DNA of 64,000 nucleotides from Eledone cirrhosa (lineage: Eukaryota), in the NCBI GenBank assembly GCA_964016885.1, contig OZ024741.1, positions 60,264,001-60,328,000 of the forward strand, given 5' to 3'. How positions within the stretch are numbered: the stretch's first letter is position 1; each line of letters opens with the position of its first letter. The notes beneath the pieces are model-generated. The model was not told the origin of the DNA. It saw nothing but the letters and a program-made list of their open reading frames with translations, and did not search any database. The position numbers and the translations under genes are program-made. Of this stretch, positions 29,262-44,230 are shown piece by piece.

Positions 29262-30388
29262 ATATATATATATATATATACATACATATAAAGATTCAAC
29301 GAGAATCGCATTTTCGGCGGGCAGGAAAAGCGAAGCGAAACGCAAAAATCAGAAATGATATATATATATATATGTATACACACACACTATTATATATAAT
29401 TAATATACATATATATATGTGTGTGTGTGTGTGTGTATTTATGTCTGTGTACGCACGTATGTTTGTGTGTGTGTATATATAAATGTTTGTATGTATATGC
29501 ATGTTTGTATATTTATATATGTGTATATATCTAAACTTAATATGGCCACCATTTTACGACGTTGGATGTATTTTGCATATAACATGGAAATGTTAGAAAA
29601 AATATTTGAAACACAGGAAAACTGTTGATGTGTCAAAATATTACACAGTATATCGTTATTATCTTTCTCTCTCTCTCTCTCCATTCTCTCGCTCTTTCCT
29701 TTCATCTCTCTCTAACTCTCACTCACTCTCTCACTCTCGCACTCTCTCTCTTTATCTCACTCTCACTCACTTTCAGACTCTCTCTCACTCACTCATTCAT
29801 ATTTTCTCACCCTCTCACTTTCTTATTCTCTCTAATCGTTCTCTCTGACTAAACTTTCTATGTCTCTCTCTTCTCTGACTTTCTCTCGTTTATCTCTCCC
29901 CACTCTCTCTCTCTCTCTATCTCTTTATCTCTCTCTCTTTCTTTAATCTCACTACTATTCATATCTTACTCTATTTTCCCTCTCTTTCTCCCCCCCCCTC
30001 TCTCTCTCTCTCTTGCTGCTTCATTACTCTCTCTTGCTGCTTTATTACTCTGTCTTGCTGCTTTATTACTTTTTCCTCTCTCTCCTTACTACGTCATTCT
30101 CTTCTCTCTTTGTCATTCTCGCTCCTATTTTATTCTTCATTTGTCCACTTTAACTATAATTTAATTTATCTCAGCCACATTTTACATTTGCAGGTTTGCA
30201 GGATTTAAACTAATGCGAAATATTCTCTTTTATATTCCAGAACAAATCTATTTTGTCCATGTTTCCCCGTCAATGGTTGTGTGTAAAATGTTAACATGAA
30301 TCATGTGATTCAGTTGTGCTATCTGCTATCACAGGCTGGAAGGAATGTGCCCATTAATAGAATCCTTTATTGCTCGGAAATAGTTTTG

Positions 30389-30452
<64 letters not shown>

Positions 30453-31056
30453 GCATATATACACTCACACACACACACACATATATATACATATATATAT
30501 ATATATATGTCTGTCTGTGTGTGCCTGTGTGTGTGTGTGTGTTTGCGTATGTTATATATATATGTGTGTGTATGTATGTAAACATGTCGTTGGCTTAAGA
30601 AGCAATATGAAACTTATATATTTGGAATGTAGTCGTTCCAACGGCAATTACTATAATAATAGCTGAATACGGTAAATAATACCTGAGAAAATTGTGTAAA
30701 ATATTCATGGAGATGGAAAATGTGACGGAGACATTTTACACAATTTTCCCGTCTATTATTTATAGTGATCGATTAATATTATAGCTATTTGCATTGGAGA
30801 AAATACATTTTAAATTTCAATTTTTCCTAATTCTTCTTAAGTCAAAAGGTTGTTTACACTTCTAGCTACAGGCTTAAAATCGTCAAAAAGATGGAATTCG
30901 TGGTCAGCAGCTCTTTTTTCCTACTTGCTCGGCATTCGAGACATACTAGATTCTATTCCTTTAAGGTACCACTGTCCATTGTTTCGGTCTTCTGTGATAC
31001 TTTACCAAATGTTTTGAAAATTATTTCTAATCGACTATTATTATGATGATTTTAAA

Positions 31057-31272
31057 GGTCGGTGGATTAGCATTATTGGTAGATCGTTAGACCTCATCCG
31101 TTGCGTGATATAGTTACGTCCCTTTATCTCCTAAGTTCGAATCCCACCGAAGTTATCTTTCCATTTCATCCTTACGGGGTCAATAAAATAAAGTACCAGT
31201 AACACACTGAGGTTGATTTAATCCCCTTTTCCTCTCACCAAAATTATTGGCCTTATGCCTAAATCAGAAATC
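31057..31272 (+). mobile_element. tRNA-derived SINE, diverged
   Basis: aagttcgaatccc B box plus tttcatccttacggggtc..aaagtaccag. Confidence 0.8.
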
Positions 31273-31885
31273 AGTACTACGATGATATGATTTAGGCCGA
31301 CTACATTAATTAATATATATGGCCTAGTGCTAGGATCTAGAAACTACGACCATAAAATGGTGGGTAAGGTTCCTGGACCGGAAAGAACGTTGTATTCTTC
31401 ATCAAAGTTATTTATTTCACCTTGTTCCTTTGGTCCTTTTCCCAATGCTCATCCTATATTTATTTTATGTTTCCCCATTCTTTCTGTCATTATCATATTG
31501 TAAAGTTATTTTGAAAATTTGAACCAATAAAATATTTATCTTGATATATTTTTAATGGCTGATTTCGGTGTTTAGAATGTAACTTATCAGTTAGAAACAT
31601 ATTGAAGTAAATTTAAAATATAATGAATATATTATTCCTAATTATGCCTAATATCGTGAAAATATATTCATGAATACAACTGATAAAGTGTTTTATTTTT
31701 ATATTAATTTTAATAACAGATCGAAACTTTCTTGGAAGTCCTTACGTCTTCGTATATATTCAAAATAACCTCACATACACACTGTTATTTACATTACTCT
31801 ATACCTAAAACATCTTACCTAAAACATTTTATAAATTTTATCTTCTATTTTCTTTGATATATACATATATATATATATGTATATA

Positions 31886-32028
31886 GTAATAATAAAAAAT
31901 GTGAAAACTAAAATCCAAAGAGGGCTCGATAAGGATAAATATATATCAAATATATAAGAACCGTAGGGCAAATATTTATTTGCTCTCCGAAGCAAATCTG
32001 TTATTTTAATAAAAGAGTAAATCTGTTA

Positions 32029-32076
<48 letters not shown>

Positions 32077-32365
32077 TTCATCTGTTAATCGATAGATAAT
32101 CGGTATTGGCCACTATTGTCACTGTTGGTGACAGAAATTGGAAAAACACACTTGATTCAACCCAAGGCACTAATCTCCACTACAAGATATTACAGGGGTC
32201 GTAATTCCTTGTTTCTGAAATAAAAAATTTGAAGACTAAAATCCAAAGAGGGCTCGATAAGGATAAATATATATCAAATATATAAGAACCGTAGAGTAAA
32301 TATTTATTTGCTCTCCGAAGCAAATCAGTTATTTTAATAAAAGAGTAAATCTAAATCTGTTATTT

Positions 32366-32420
<55 letters not shown>

Positions 32421-32557
32421 TTCATCTGTTGATCGATAGATAATTGGTATTGGCCACTGGGTGGGTAACAGAAATTTGAAAAACACACTTGATTCAACCC
32501 AAGGAGTTAATCTACACTACAGGATATTACAGGGGTCGTAATTCCTTGTTTCTGAAA
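31886..32557. repeat. Tandem duplication (~330-bp unit x2) containing family E tail, a TA tract and adjoining sequence
   Basis: 31894-32220 matches 32221-32557. Confidence 0.85.
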
Positions 32558-34358
32558 GGGTGTCAAATTAGAAGAGAGCCCTTCTTACCCATCCTACGGG
32601 ATAAGCGTTTACGCAATCATTTAAAAACAAATTCATTTAAAACGTATAGAAACTTTTATTAGAACTTTATTTCAAGGTACTCGAAACATTTCCTGATTGG
32701 GGGAAAACATAATTATTCATTCATCGCTGTAACATATCTTGGGAAATGGAATGGTAAGATTGTAATTCTGTGTGAGAATGCGCTATTAAGTTAGACATGG
32801 CCTGGGCTAATACTGGCCGAAACTTATCAAAGTTATGAAAGTTATATATATACAAAGAGAGGGATTAAGAGTGGAGAGGGAGAGAGATAGAGAAAGAAAG
32901 AAAGAGAGGATTTGTGTGAGAAGTGGGATAGTTGTATTATTGCACTTATAAAAGCGGTGAATTTGCAGTATCGTTAGAGCAGCAGACAAAATGCTTTTAA
33001 GGTATTTAGTTACGGATCTTCACGTTTCTTAGTTCAAAACCAGAGTGTTCAACTTTACTCGCACTTCATAGATCAATGGAACTGCCTGTTCATGAAAATT
33101 ACGTGCAACTACATATACGAGTATCTTTAACTTAATTATTTGAGAAAATTTAGCATCGCACTGTGTGTCAACAGAGTCCACCTACCCAGTTTTACTCATA
33201 AGGCATAGGTGGACTATGGTAAAGGAGACTTTCCCAAAATGCCACGTTGAGGAACCGAACCTGCGATCTTATGATTGCGAAGCAAAGTTCTTAAATATTT
33301 GGTCCTGCTATGTCCATAATACTTTCCAATTTAGTCTGAAGATCAGCAATTCGATTATATCGACCCCAGTACTTAGTTCGTACTTTATTTATTGACACCG
33401 AAGGGTAAAGGGATCGAAACACTCATCGTCGGAACTGACGGAAATCCATTCCGTTCCATATTGTCTTTCAGCTGTTTTTTTCTTATTATCCATCATTCAT
33501 ATTTGAAAGCTACAATGGCTATACAATCTGATGAAGATTTACGTTATCACGATGACAGTGACAATATGAATACAGAAAGATATTCAAGAGATGACATATG
33601 ACGAAGTAAAGGATATGAACTTTGGATTTGAAAATCTTATGTACGTCTTCATAGAATTATATAATATAGAAACTGGATACCGATATTTATCGATTTTCTA
33701 TCGGAAACAAAATAAACGGTTCTATGTTGAAATATATGAAATACATGAAATCCATTGTTGGCCCCAATATGTACAGTATTTTTTAATCTTCTGTGAAATT
33801 CTGATTGAATTCGTAACTGTGTTTTTGCTGCGGGAGATTTTGTCGTTTTCTATCAATGTTGAAATGAATTTCTATAGTTTAAAGTTATGAATTTTCAGAG
33901 AAAGAAGCAATGAATGAATGTATTTGACGGGTAGACTAAATAATTCATAGGTTTCACCACCTCCCCCACAGAAACATAACAAACATTGCGAACAAGCAAA
34001 TAAGTCAAGAAAAAATAACAACGACGTTTTTATATTAATCTTCAAAAAAATACTGACATACATATTTCATCCCTATCGCGTGGCTGTGTGATGAGAGAAT
34101 TGGACTCGCAATCGTGAGGTTGTGAGTTCGATTCCTATATCAGGCGATGCGTTATGTCCTTGACCAAGACACTTTATTTCACGTTACTCCTACATGGAGT
34201 TACGACGGATAGATAGTATTAGCAATTTGAAAAGAGCAACGGAAACATTGTTTCGGTCCAATTTGAGGAAAGTCGATCGAATATCTATATATATATATGT
34301 GTGTGTGTAGGCGTATTTGTACAGTTGTTTTTTTCTTTTCCGTACAACATCATTTAAA

Positions 34359-34399
34359 CTGAGCTGATGATGCGAATAAGGTGAAACAATTGTCCTCGG
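34359..34399 (+). ncRNA. Minimal type I hammerhead
   Basis: CUGAG-CUGAUGA-UGC GAAUAA GGU-GAAA-CAAUUG-UC|CUCGG; weak stem II; 30 nt upstream of (TA)n. Confidence 0.7.
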
Positions 34400-34444
34400 A
34401 AATTGTGAACTAACTGTTGTAGAACTACTTATATATATATATAT

Positions 34445-34588
<144 letters not shown>

Positions 34589-35091
34589 GGGGAGAAAATG
34601 ACGATTATTAGGAAGAAAAATAATTTTTTTCACTTTATTATTTTCTCTTTTTTCTGGGTTCGAAAATGTTTCAAACAAAATATTTTACTTTGTATGAAGT
34701 GTTAAGGTATTAGTTAATTTATTTATTAATTAACAATGGCATTTATTTATTTATATATTTAATAATTGTCTATTACCGGTTTCAGCATTTTATGCATTGT
34801 GAAAGGGTGGAATTTGTATTGGTATAAAATGTGGAGAGAAGATAATGTGAAGTTGAACATGTTAAGGAAATGGGAAAGAAAGAATAATATTTTTACAAAC
34901 AAGGTTTTTGAAGTAAAAGAAAAAAAGAAAAAAAAGAGGGTGATGTGGAACATCAGTGAGTTTGTACAAGTGCGATTTAGTTATGAGTAGGTTCTTCATT
35001 TTAATTTATCTTTTTAATTATTATGTTTCTCCTACACCTCTCTTAGGTTATATTCTCTTCACGCTGGTGGTTAAAATCATGTAATGGAAAA

Positions 35092-35155
<64 letters not shown>

Positions 35156-35509
35156 ATATATACATATATATATATATATATAAATATACAAATATAATTT
35201 CAGCGAGATCGTATTTCGGCAGTTGCCGTAAACAAAGCGAAACGCAATCTTCGAGATATTCGGCAAGCACCTAAATGGACTAAAATAAGACCAGACCAAT
35301 TATATATATATATATAATATATATTGGTGAAATCTCGGTTATATATATATATATAGGACCCAGAAATATGTTGACTGTTTCTCTATGCCACTGCTAGAAC
35401 AAACGGACGACGGTGGTCATTAAAAAAATATATCGTGATGAAGCTGTTTGCTTGCAAATGAATCGAATATTGTTATTGTTATTGTTATTATAATTATTAT
35501 TATTATTGT

Positions 35510-35862
35510 GTTTTGCAGTATAGAGTTATGGCCCTTTACATTCTGAGTTCAAATCCGCCGAGGTTAACTTTGTCTTTCATCCTTACGGGTCGATAGATTA
35601 AAGCACCAGTAATACACAGGGGTAATTGGTGTCCTTGTGCCAAAAGTAGAAACATTATTATTATAACAAGAGGGCGGTGGATTGGCAGTATCGGTAGAGG
35701 GTCGGACGCCATGCTTTCCAGCATAGTTACGTCCCTTTACGATCTGAGTTCAAATCCCGCCGAGGTTGACTTTGCCTTTCATCCTTACGGGGTCGATAAA
35801 ATAAAGTACCAGTAATGAACTGGGTAATAACTGGCCTTGTGCCTAAAAGTAGAAACAATTAT
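35510..35862 (+). mobile_element. Two tandem SINE copies (partial 35510-35660, full 35672-35862)
   Basis: A and B boxes and body as at 4833-5014. Confidence 0.9.
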
Positions 35863-37305
35863 TATTATAATTAATCGGTATAAATCTCAGAAATACATTA
35901 AACCAGCTATGTGAGAGCGAGAAACCAAATTCTAATTTTGTTTTTAATTTTCGGTCAAACCAGCCGTAATATCGCTAGGTATGCAACCGATGTATACTTA
36001 GAATAACCTCTTGCCACAATGAATACATCAGAGGCGTAGCTGCTCCTCCTTTGCTCAAACTATAAAAAAATAAACTAAAATTGTGCATGGCTTGCGCGTA
36101 TTTGAAATTCCAAAATTAACCTGTAGATTAACCTAGCGGAACGATTTAATGAAGTGTCAGAATTAAAGGCTGCATATTTTTTCGAGCTTATTCAAAATAA
36201 TAAAAAAAGAAATTAATTAAAATTATTCTTTATTATCAATCGGGGTAATTGTATTTTGTGTTGCGTGTTTTGGCTAGTCTAGGCCTTCATTTCTTTCTTT
36301 GTATGGTTTTGTAAGGACAGACAATATATATTGCTGCATGTTTCAGATAATTTGTGGGCTAAAATTCTCTTTGTAACGTCTGAAGTACAAGTAGTCTTTC
36401 AGATAACTAGATTATAGATTAAATATTTAAAGCATTTTGTATATAAATAGTGGGTGGGCTTTAATTTTAATTCTATTTAATTGAGTAATTGTAACTGGTG
36501 GGATGTGATTTTGTCTACTTAAGCGTTGTTATCTTGGGTCGGATTATGTAAATAAAATTATGTAATATATTTATATAATATTTATATAATAAAACATAGA
36601 AAACTATGTTAAATTGAAACTGGAATCTTCGAATGTTAATATGAAATATTTCCTCTCCAGTCTGATACATATTCAATGTCAGACCAATTTGTATTCCTAA
36701 ATTGTTTGACTACATTAGTAATATCACATTTTTTATATTGATCGGATTGTTTTTGTGGTGGGAGAGAGTTTGAAAATAAGGTAGTGCAAGGCTCGTTAAC
36801 ATAAAAATTTCCAACCATTTTCTCATTAGTACACATAGACAGCTTTTAATTTTGCTCATGGAAATTATTATACGACAGATAATTGATTAATTAAATCTAA
36901 CAGATATTTCTGATCTTTTCGGTTTTGTTAACACCACCATTGCTCTTTAGTGAATATATTACAAGTTTATTATCGCCATTCAATCCTACGTTTCTATGTC
37001 CTTTTGTATCGAGGAAAGAAATTAAAAACAAAAACAGTGAAAAATATTTAATAGTCATAGACGTTTGACGTCCATAGTGATGACGTTTTTCGTGTGTGAG
37101 TCAACAAAGTTTTCTCTTACTATAAATGAATCAGTTTCCTTTTGTTCAAAATGCTAAAGCTTAGCGTAATGGCACATTCATTTCATTAAAACCGTTATTT
37201 ATTTATCCACGACTAATGTATATGGCCAGATTCACATTGTAATAATATTGTATCGCGTATATATATATATATAGCGAAGAAATACCGATGATGGTTGGAA
37301 GATCA

Positions 37306-37345
<40 letters not shown>

Positions 37346-37978
37346 ACGTCGGTATGTTGCAAGATCGTTGTAAACAGGAATCCTGGTATGAAAACCAGTA
37401 CAGCCCTGGCAAAAAGTCTGTCAATTAAAGCAGATAGGAGTCCCACATAAGATGTTTTTTTAAAGATACTTGATAGTTTCAGCCATTACACCAATTGTAC
37501 CAATGTCATCTTTGTCTGAGTGACAAATTTAGAATATTACAAGCTTTGTAATCAATAATTATTTGAACTGAAAGAGCGAACATTTTAGAGGATGCCTCCA
37601 TGTCAGTAGCCATCTGCTTGTTATGTGTAAATAAGCAACAGGTTTGTCTGATTTTCAACCCACTTAATTTGAATTATATCATATTTATATACTTCTTAGG
37701 CATATTTTCTTTCTCCTTCCACACTTACATAATGCAATACAACTTCTATACTACTATATTCTATACATTATCAAATATAACCATCTTTATATTACATTCC
37801 ACCACATAATACAATACTTTTGATACTATAGCTACGAGTAAGACGATGCATTTAAATTTTTCATCTTGGTGTTATTTTCCTTTGTTATAATACGTTTCTC
37901 GGGAAGTATAGTTTTTAGAACCCATTACTTTTAACGGTATCATATAACCTCCTATAAGCGTCTGAAGATTATGTCACA

Positions 37979-38017
<39 letters not shown>

Positions 38018-38688
38018 CCTATTTCTACACGACAAAACGAATACAGAAAACAAAGGAACAAAAGAATACATTTTCATCGTAGGCCCACCAAACCCCTTGG
38101 ATATCGGATTTTGTGAGTAATGGTGGTATCGTAATATATATATATATATAAATATATACATACATATATAAAATTTAAGCTGAAATATATATATGTGTTT
38201 GTGTGTGGGGGGTCTATACGTGTGTTCGTAGTATATATAAATGAGTATATATAAATGTACATGTAATATTCCCATATCAAGAGGTTTTACATAAAAAATA
38301 TCTATCCAAATATAATAATATAATCTTATTTATCGTTTATGTGAAAATATAAACATTTCGTTTGTTATATAATTGTAGATAACGTCTATTATGTTTCATG
38401 TTTTAATGGTATATTCTTTTCTTACGATTTTAATTCTAAACTTATAAAAAAACTGCTGCCTTCGTATTACGAACAGATCTCATCACGTGCATGCACATAT
38501 AGGGACAAGCATGGCTATGTAACCAAATAGTTCCCTTCGCAAGAAGGTAGTTCTGGGTTCGGTCGTATTGCCCTACTATAGCCTCGAATTGTATGTGTGT
38601 GTGTATATATATATATATACATGAGCCCCAGCTTCAATTAGTAGAATGTAAATATCAAGTGTAATATAGAAATCGCTGTAGAAGCCTT

Positions 38689-38724
<36 letters not shown>

Positions 38725-38730
38725 AGTGGT

Positions 38731-38866
38731 TTAGCCAATACATATGGTACATATTTTATCGATAGTTATCTGTTGAACCTCTAAACTACATGGCATAAAC
38801 AAACACAACAAAAATAATATGCTGGCACTCAAACACCTACACACCTACACACATATATTCATACGT

Positions 38867-38910
<44 letters not shown>

Positions 38911-39092
38911 GCGCGGACACACACACACACACATATATATATATATTTATATATGTGTGTGTGTGCACGCATGAATATATCTGTGTAGGTGTTTGAGTGC
39001 CAGCATATTATTTTTGTTGTGTTTGTTTATCCCATGTATCTTAGAGGTTCAATAGATAACTAACGATAAAATAAGTACCATACGTATTGCCT
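38731..39092. repeat. Inverted repeat (~140-bp arms) around a (CA)/(TA) microsatellite
   Basis: 38731-38875 vs 38958-39092; no hammerhead found. Confidence 0.8.
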
Positions 39093-39602
39093 TAAGAGGA
39101 GTGCTTCAGCATAACCTATATCTAAACACTAAACCAACAAAAGAAGAAATAAATAATTGAGTAAATATAAATATGTTATTTTATTGATGCATGTCTGTGT
39201 TTTTGTAAAACCTGATTCAATTTGCCAAGTTCACATAAAGCGAAAATAAGAACATTTTGCGGTTAGGAGCAACTAGTTCGGTGAATAACTCGCCATTTAA
39301 AATTTGAGCTGAAATTCAACATATTTCACGCCAATGTTTAAACCTTGTCATCAAATGTGATATTCTGTCTCAATGTACAGTGTTTATATTTTGGGGGTTA
39401 GCTCATATGCCTTAACATAGAAAACGTTTTAATGTTAGTCATGTAATACACCACAACCTAGAAATAACGGTGTATAGTATCTTCTAGGTGAAATGGTTCA
39501 GTTTCCCAGGTATATGAACTAATGACCGAGATATGAAAACGAATTTCGGATCTAGCTGTCGAAACGCCCGTAGGTCAGCTGTCCTGAAATATCTTTTCAT
39601 AT

Positions 39603-39699
<97 letters not shown>

Positions 39700-39709
39700 A
39701 AATAGAAAT

Positions 39710-39759
39710 GGCTTTTATAGGACTAGAACTGTTTCATTCGGGAGAAATCATCAGGAAGC

Positions 39760-39760
<1 letters not shown>
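39710..39760 (-). ncRNA. Solo family B hammerhead filling a ~62-bp TA-flanked island
   Basis: GGCUUC-CUGAUGA-UUUC UCCC GAAU-GAAA-CAG UUCUAGUC CUA-UA|AAAGCC. Confidence 0.75.
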
Positions 39761-39834
<74 letters not shown>

Positions 39835-40219
39835 TGTATGTGTGTGTGTAAATATACATATATATATACATATTCCTAATATAGTAACTGAAACAAACAT
39901 TGTTTGTACAATATAGCAGAGCGTACGCTATATAACATGTAAGTTTTCTCATGTTCCAAAAAATTACCATTAACTGCATTTAAATATTATGCTTTAATAT
40001 TGTAATATATTTTCATAATTTGGTATTGGTTTATTATACCAATGCCATTAACCTTTTGTGTGCACGAATAAACTAACTTGATCGAAGTGCCATTTAATAT
40101 TGATTGAACATTGAAATAATTACATTAGGTCGGAAAAGTTTAAAACAACTATCATGGAGGTAGGGGATAATCCCTTGAATCAAAACTATGGAATCTATAA
40201 GCTATGATTATGCCATATA

Positions 40220-40991
40220 CGTGGCTTGTCGAAAAGGTATCCGACCTTATGGCGGGATGGGGATTAGACATGATTGGTTTCAATGCTTTATCCCTTTCAC
40301 GGTAAGTTCCTTGTACATCCACACTCTTAGCCTCGTAGTCATTCACTGATTGAAGCCCGTCTGAAATGTTATTTCCCCAGTGGCTCTCGTCTCCACCGTC
40401 ACAAACTATAGGATGTCCTCTAGAAGGAACTATGTCTTGAGACAAGGAATCTTGGCGAATGAGCCGAAGACTTTCTGAACCCCAAAATATATTAGATCAA
40501 CTGCGAAGAAAGGGGCTGGGTGTCCTCATGACGCAACAGTTAGTTTTGCGGTACTCACATATGTGGTCTATTCCACCGAACTGCATCACGAAGACATAGG
40601 ATGAATTCCTTATAGTAGTCATTTGTAGTTGTTTTTCCTATTGGTGTGTGACCAGAATTCGCAATGCCTCAGTAGCTGAAGAAAACAGTGAGCATCACCA
40701 TTTTGTTCCATACCTGGTGTTCTTTATATGGCCTCGGCGACGCTGGATGCTTCCAACCTAATGATTGGCTTCCGGGTCGTACACGAAATGAAAATGCGAC
40801 GAGTAAGTAGTATAACGCCTCATACGCTGGCTTCCTGACAATGACACATAATTATCAAACTCACCACAACTCAACCACACGCAACAATGTATGCGGCTCC
40901 ACCATGCACAGTTTCGTCTCCCTAACACTATTACCTTCTATAAGAAAAAAAAAAAAAATAATAAAGTCGGATACTTTTTCGACACTTCTTG
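40220..40991 (-). mobile_element. Internally deleted mariner element
   Basis: TIRs (tgtcgaaaaRgtatccgac core) with flanking TA; minus-strand YDPE..WKHPASPRP..MVMLTVFFSY*GI transposase remnant. Confidence 0.85.
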
Positions 40992-42186
40992 TATAAAGAT
41001 AATTTCCTCTAAGATAGATTACAATTTTCACATGAATAATAGTTTGTAAATTGATGATAAACTGGCCGCCACTTCTTTCCATATATGACCTACAATTTTT
41101 TTAATGAATGCAATTTTGCTTCGACTAGGTAAGATTTCATAGAAAATATTTTAATCTCAGAGGAAAATGTACATCACGGCTGAACTTACGTAATGTTTAG
41201 CAAGTAATATATTGCCACACTGGGGCAAAGTTCCTCAATAGCTAACATGAGTAAAGACCATATTTTCCACTTAATAATTGTGTAGATCATAAGTATAAAG
41301 CAGTGCTATGAATTGCAATATAATTTATTATCTTTCTGCTCGTAGCTTCGACATTCCAAGAAGCAATCTGTGAGACATTTATCGATGTATTATATCTCCA
41401 TAGAGACGTATCAGATTCAGCGATCATTTAGATACACCAATAAATGTGTGGAACTGTCTGAACGATGAAATCGATATAAACTGAGGCAAACTCATACATA
41501 AACCAACAGCTTAACTGATAAGATAAACGTGTGTTGAACCTCTGCCGGTTCCGCCGACAAGTGTTCCAGTTTCTTGTGGAATGTTCAGCTACTTGAATGT
41601 TAGTTTCCCGAGAAGATTGTGCTTTTGTTAGAACCACAGAACACTCATTCTCGGAACCCGCGATGGTCCAGCCGAACACATTTGTGAATGTTATGTGGAT
41701 TTATGTTTGTGACTCACTATATTACTTGTATTTATCTAATTGAATTTAAACCTTGTATCTTCACCAATGTCAGTTATTTATCAAGGGTGTAGGGTTCTAG
41801 TTTTAATAGCTTTATGTAGTTACATTTAATAACTCATTCCGGTTTATTTAATGTCATGTATTATCTGACACACAATTTATATAATGAACATAAGGTATAC
41901 ATTAACATTTATTGATATTCAGTTATAATGCGGGCATTGCTTGTATCATTATATTAGAAATAATTTACTTTGTAACTAATTTGTCACGCCAAATAATTGG
42001 GCTTCCAATATATTTTCCTATATCATATACGCAGGCATGGGTGTTTCCAATTTGATGTTTTAGCGTTCAATCCTTCTGAGGTTACCTTAAGTAAGAGTCT
42101 TCTAATATAATGTCGGTTTGACGAACACATTGTGGCGGAAATTTGGTTAACGAAAATTACAGATGCTTATGATATATATATATATA

Positions 42187-42450
42187 AATGGTTTCTAAAG
42201 GACTAGAACTGTTTCATTCAAAAGAAATCACCTGGAAAGCTTTGCAATGGGACTGAATCCAGAAATACCTGGTTGCCAAGGGAACTCTTTGGTAAAATAG
42301 CAACGCCTGTCCCTAAAACGGGACAATCTGCGGTGCTGAGACCAAGGAGACCCCAGATGGAGATATGCAGAGAGGGTATAGAGATATGTAAAATCCCGAT
42401 ACACAAGCCGAAACCACTTGGCGCCGCAGTCGGGATTTTACTTATCTCTC
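42187..42450. mobile_element. Degenerate family B hammerhead fragment joined to another small fold-back terminus
   Basis: ggactagaactgtttcattc..gaaatc at 42200-42229; gtaaaatcccga / tcgggattttac around gccgaaacc.cttggcgccgcagtc. Confidence 0.55.
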
Positions 42451-42516
42451 TCTCACAGTCTCTTTATGTATATATATATATTTATTTATTTATTTAGAGT
42501 GAGAGAGAGAGAGAAA

Positions 42517-42605
<89 letters not shown>

Positions 42606-43386
42606 GTGGTTAAATGAATGTAGTTGCTATTTCTCGAAAAAAATTGTATTTGTTTCTGCCCCTGCCCTCCCTCCACTCCGTCTTTCTATTTCTTCATTAT
42701 TTTCTCGTTTAATTTCCTGATGAAAGACTTGCCACCAGAAGGTTAAGCTTCTTTCCCTACAATATCAAGCGTAAAACTAATACATTTCTTCATCGATCTG
42801 TGTCGATTGCTTTGTTATTCCTGTTTACTTTTTGCATACACACATGTGTGTGTGTGTATTGGCAGAGATGTTGTATTGGCTATAGTTTTTCATTTTCTCA
42901 AGTTTAAACGTAAAAAGTGAATAAATATCTCTGATGTGTGTGTATATATATGTACACATATATATATATTCGTCAAGTCGGTCTCTAGTCCTACTGGTAA
43001 CATGTAACCCAGTACAACCTGTCTCATAGTCGAGTCGGTGGCGACTAATCCGGCAACCCTACCAAGCTTGCTTTGTGAGGAGGGTTATATTTGGGCACCC
43101 TGTGGAATAAATAAAATACAAGACCTGGCAAAGGTCGGAGGAACTCAGCAGAGTAAACGGCCATCCAAATAGTATTTTTCTTTATATACGGAGAGGTTAA
43201 ACTCCGAGGCATAAAAGATCTTTCTCTCCCTTCTAATGAAGCATTTCCCCCCAGCACATAAATATAGTAACTCCGGAGTAAACAAACCAATCTGCGTACT
43301 TCGTCGAGTGTCCCAATCTGCATACTGAGGTGTCGGTAAACAACCAACATATACTCAAAATTTATATACATAATTATATATATATA

Positions 43387-44230
43387 TATATCATAAATCA
43401 TGTCTTTAGAATCATCAGATATTAAAATATATACTATTTCTTCTTCTAATTAGCATAATTAACCATATACAAAGTCAATCCTAGCAAGTTATAAGAATAA
43501 ATTCTCTTATGGGGAAATCTTCGACAAATAATCGATCGTAGCCTCTTCGCGGCAGCCCCGTTCCATTATTTATCCAACATTTCGACAGCATGTAGAAACT
43601 GACTAAATATACCATCAATCATACACAATTAGTTGTAAAATTAAACTTAGAAGAAATGAGCACATACCGTAATTATATCTCTACCATGGTTTCTTCCTTA
43701 TTTAGGACATCCAAATAATAGGAATGTCCAGAGCTAGGTTTCATCAGGAGACAAACTCAAAATCAGACATCTAGTTTTTCAATCCGATCCCGCCAAAATT
43801 AGATTCAAAAATGGCTAGAAATCGCTATGTAGCTGTGTTCCAGCCAGAGAGAAAGAGTGTGATTGGTTGCTTACGGCGGGTAGGCTTGCTGCTAGAAAGC
43901 GCAGCCAAATATCGCCAAATTTAATCTCAACCTATTGGGAGATTATTAAATATAGAGGTTATCATATACATAAAGTTAAAGATATATATATGTTGCAACT
44001 GTTCACTTTTAAGCTCTATGAAGAATTAATAAATTAAAATCAAAAAATCAGAGCATTATATCATAAATCATGTCTTTAGAATCATCAGATATTAAAATAT
44101 ATACTATTTCTTCTTCTAATTAGCATAATTAACCATATACAAAGTCAATCCTAGCAAGTTATAAGAATAAATTCTCTTATGGGGAAATCTCCGACAAATA
44201 ATCGATCGTAGCCTCTTCGCGGCAGCCCCG

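Noticed and set aside
30860-33601. Exon-like stretches at 30870-30965 and 33472-33601
   Set aside because: Splice-like signals only; no recognisable protein or consistent frame.
35672-35770. tRNA genes
   Set aside because: A/B boxes belong to SINE heads; no full cloverleaf.
42970-43170. Possible HDV-like ribozyme in a putative LINE 5' UTR (..tgtctcat..gagtcgg..ctaa..)
   Set aside because: Could not build P1 and P2 pairings.
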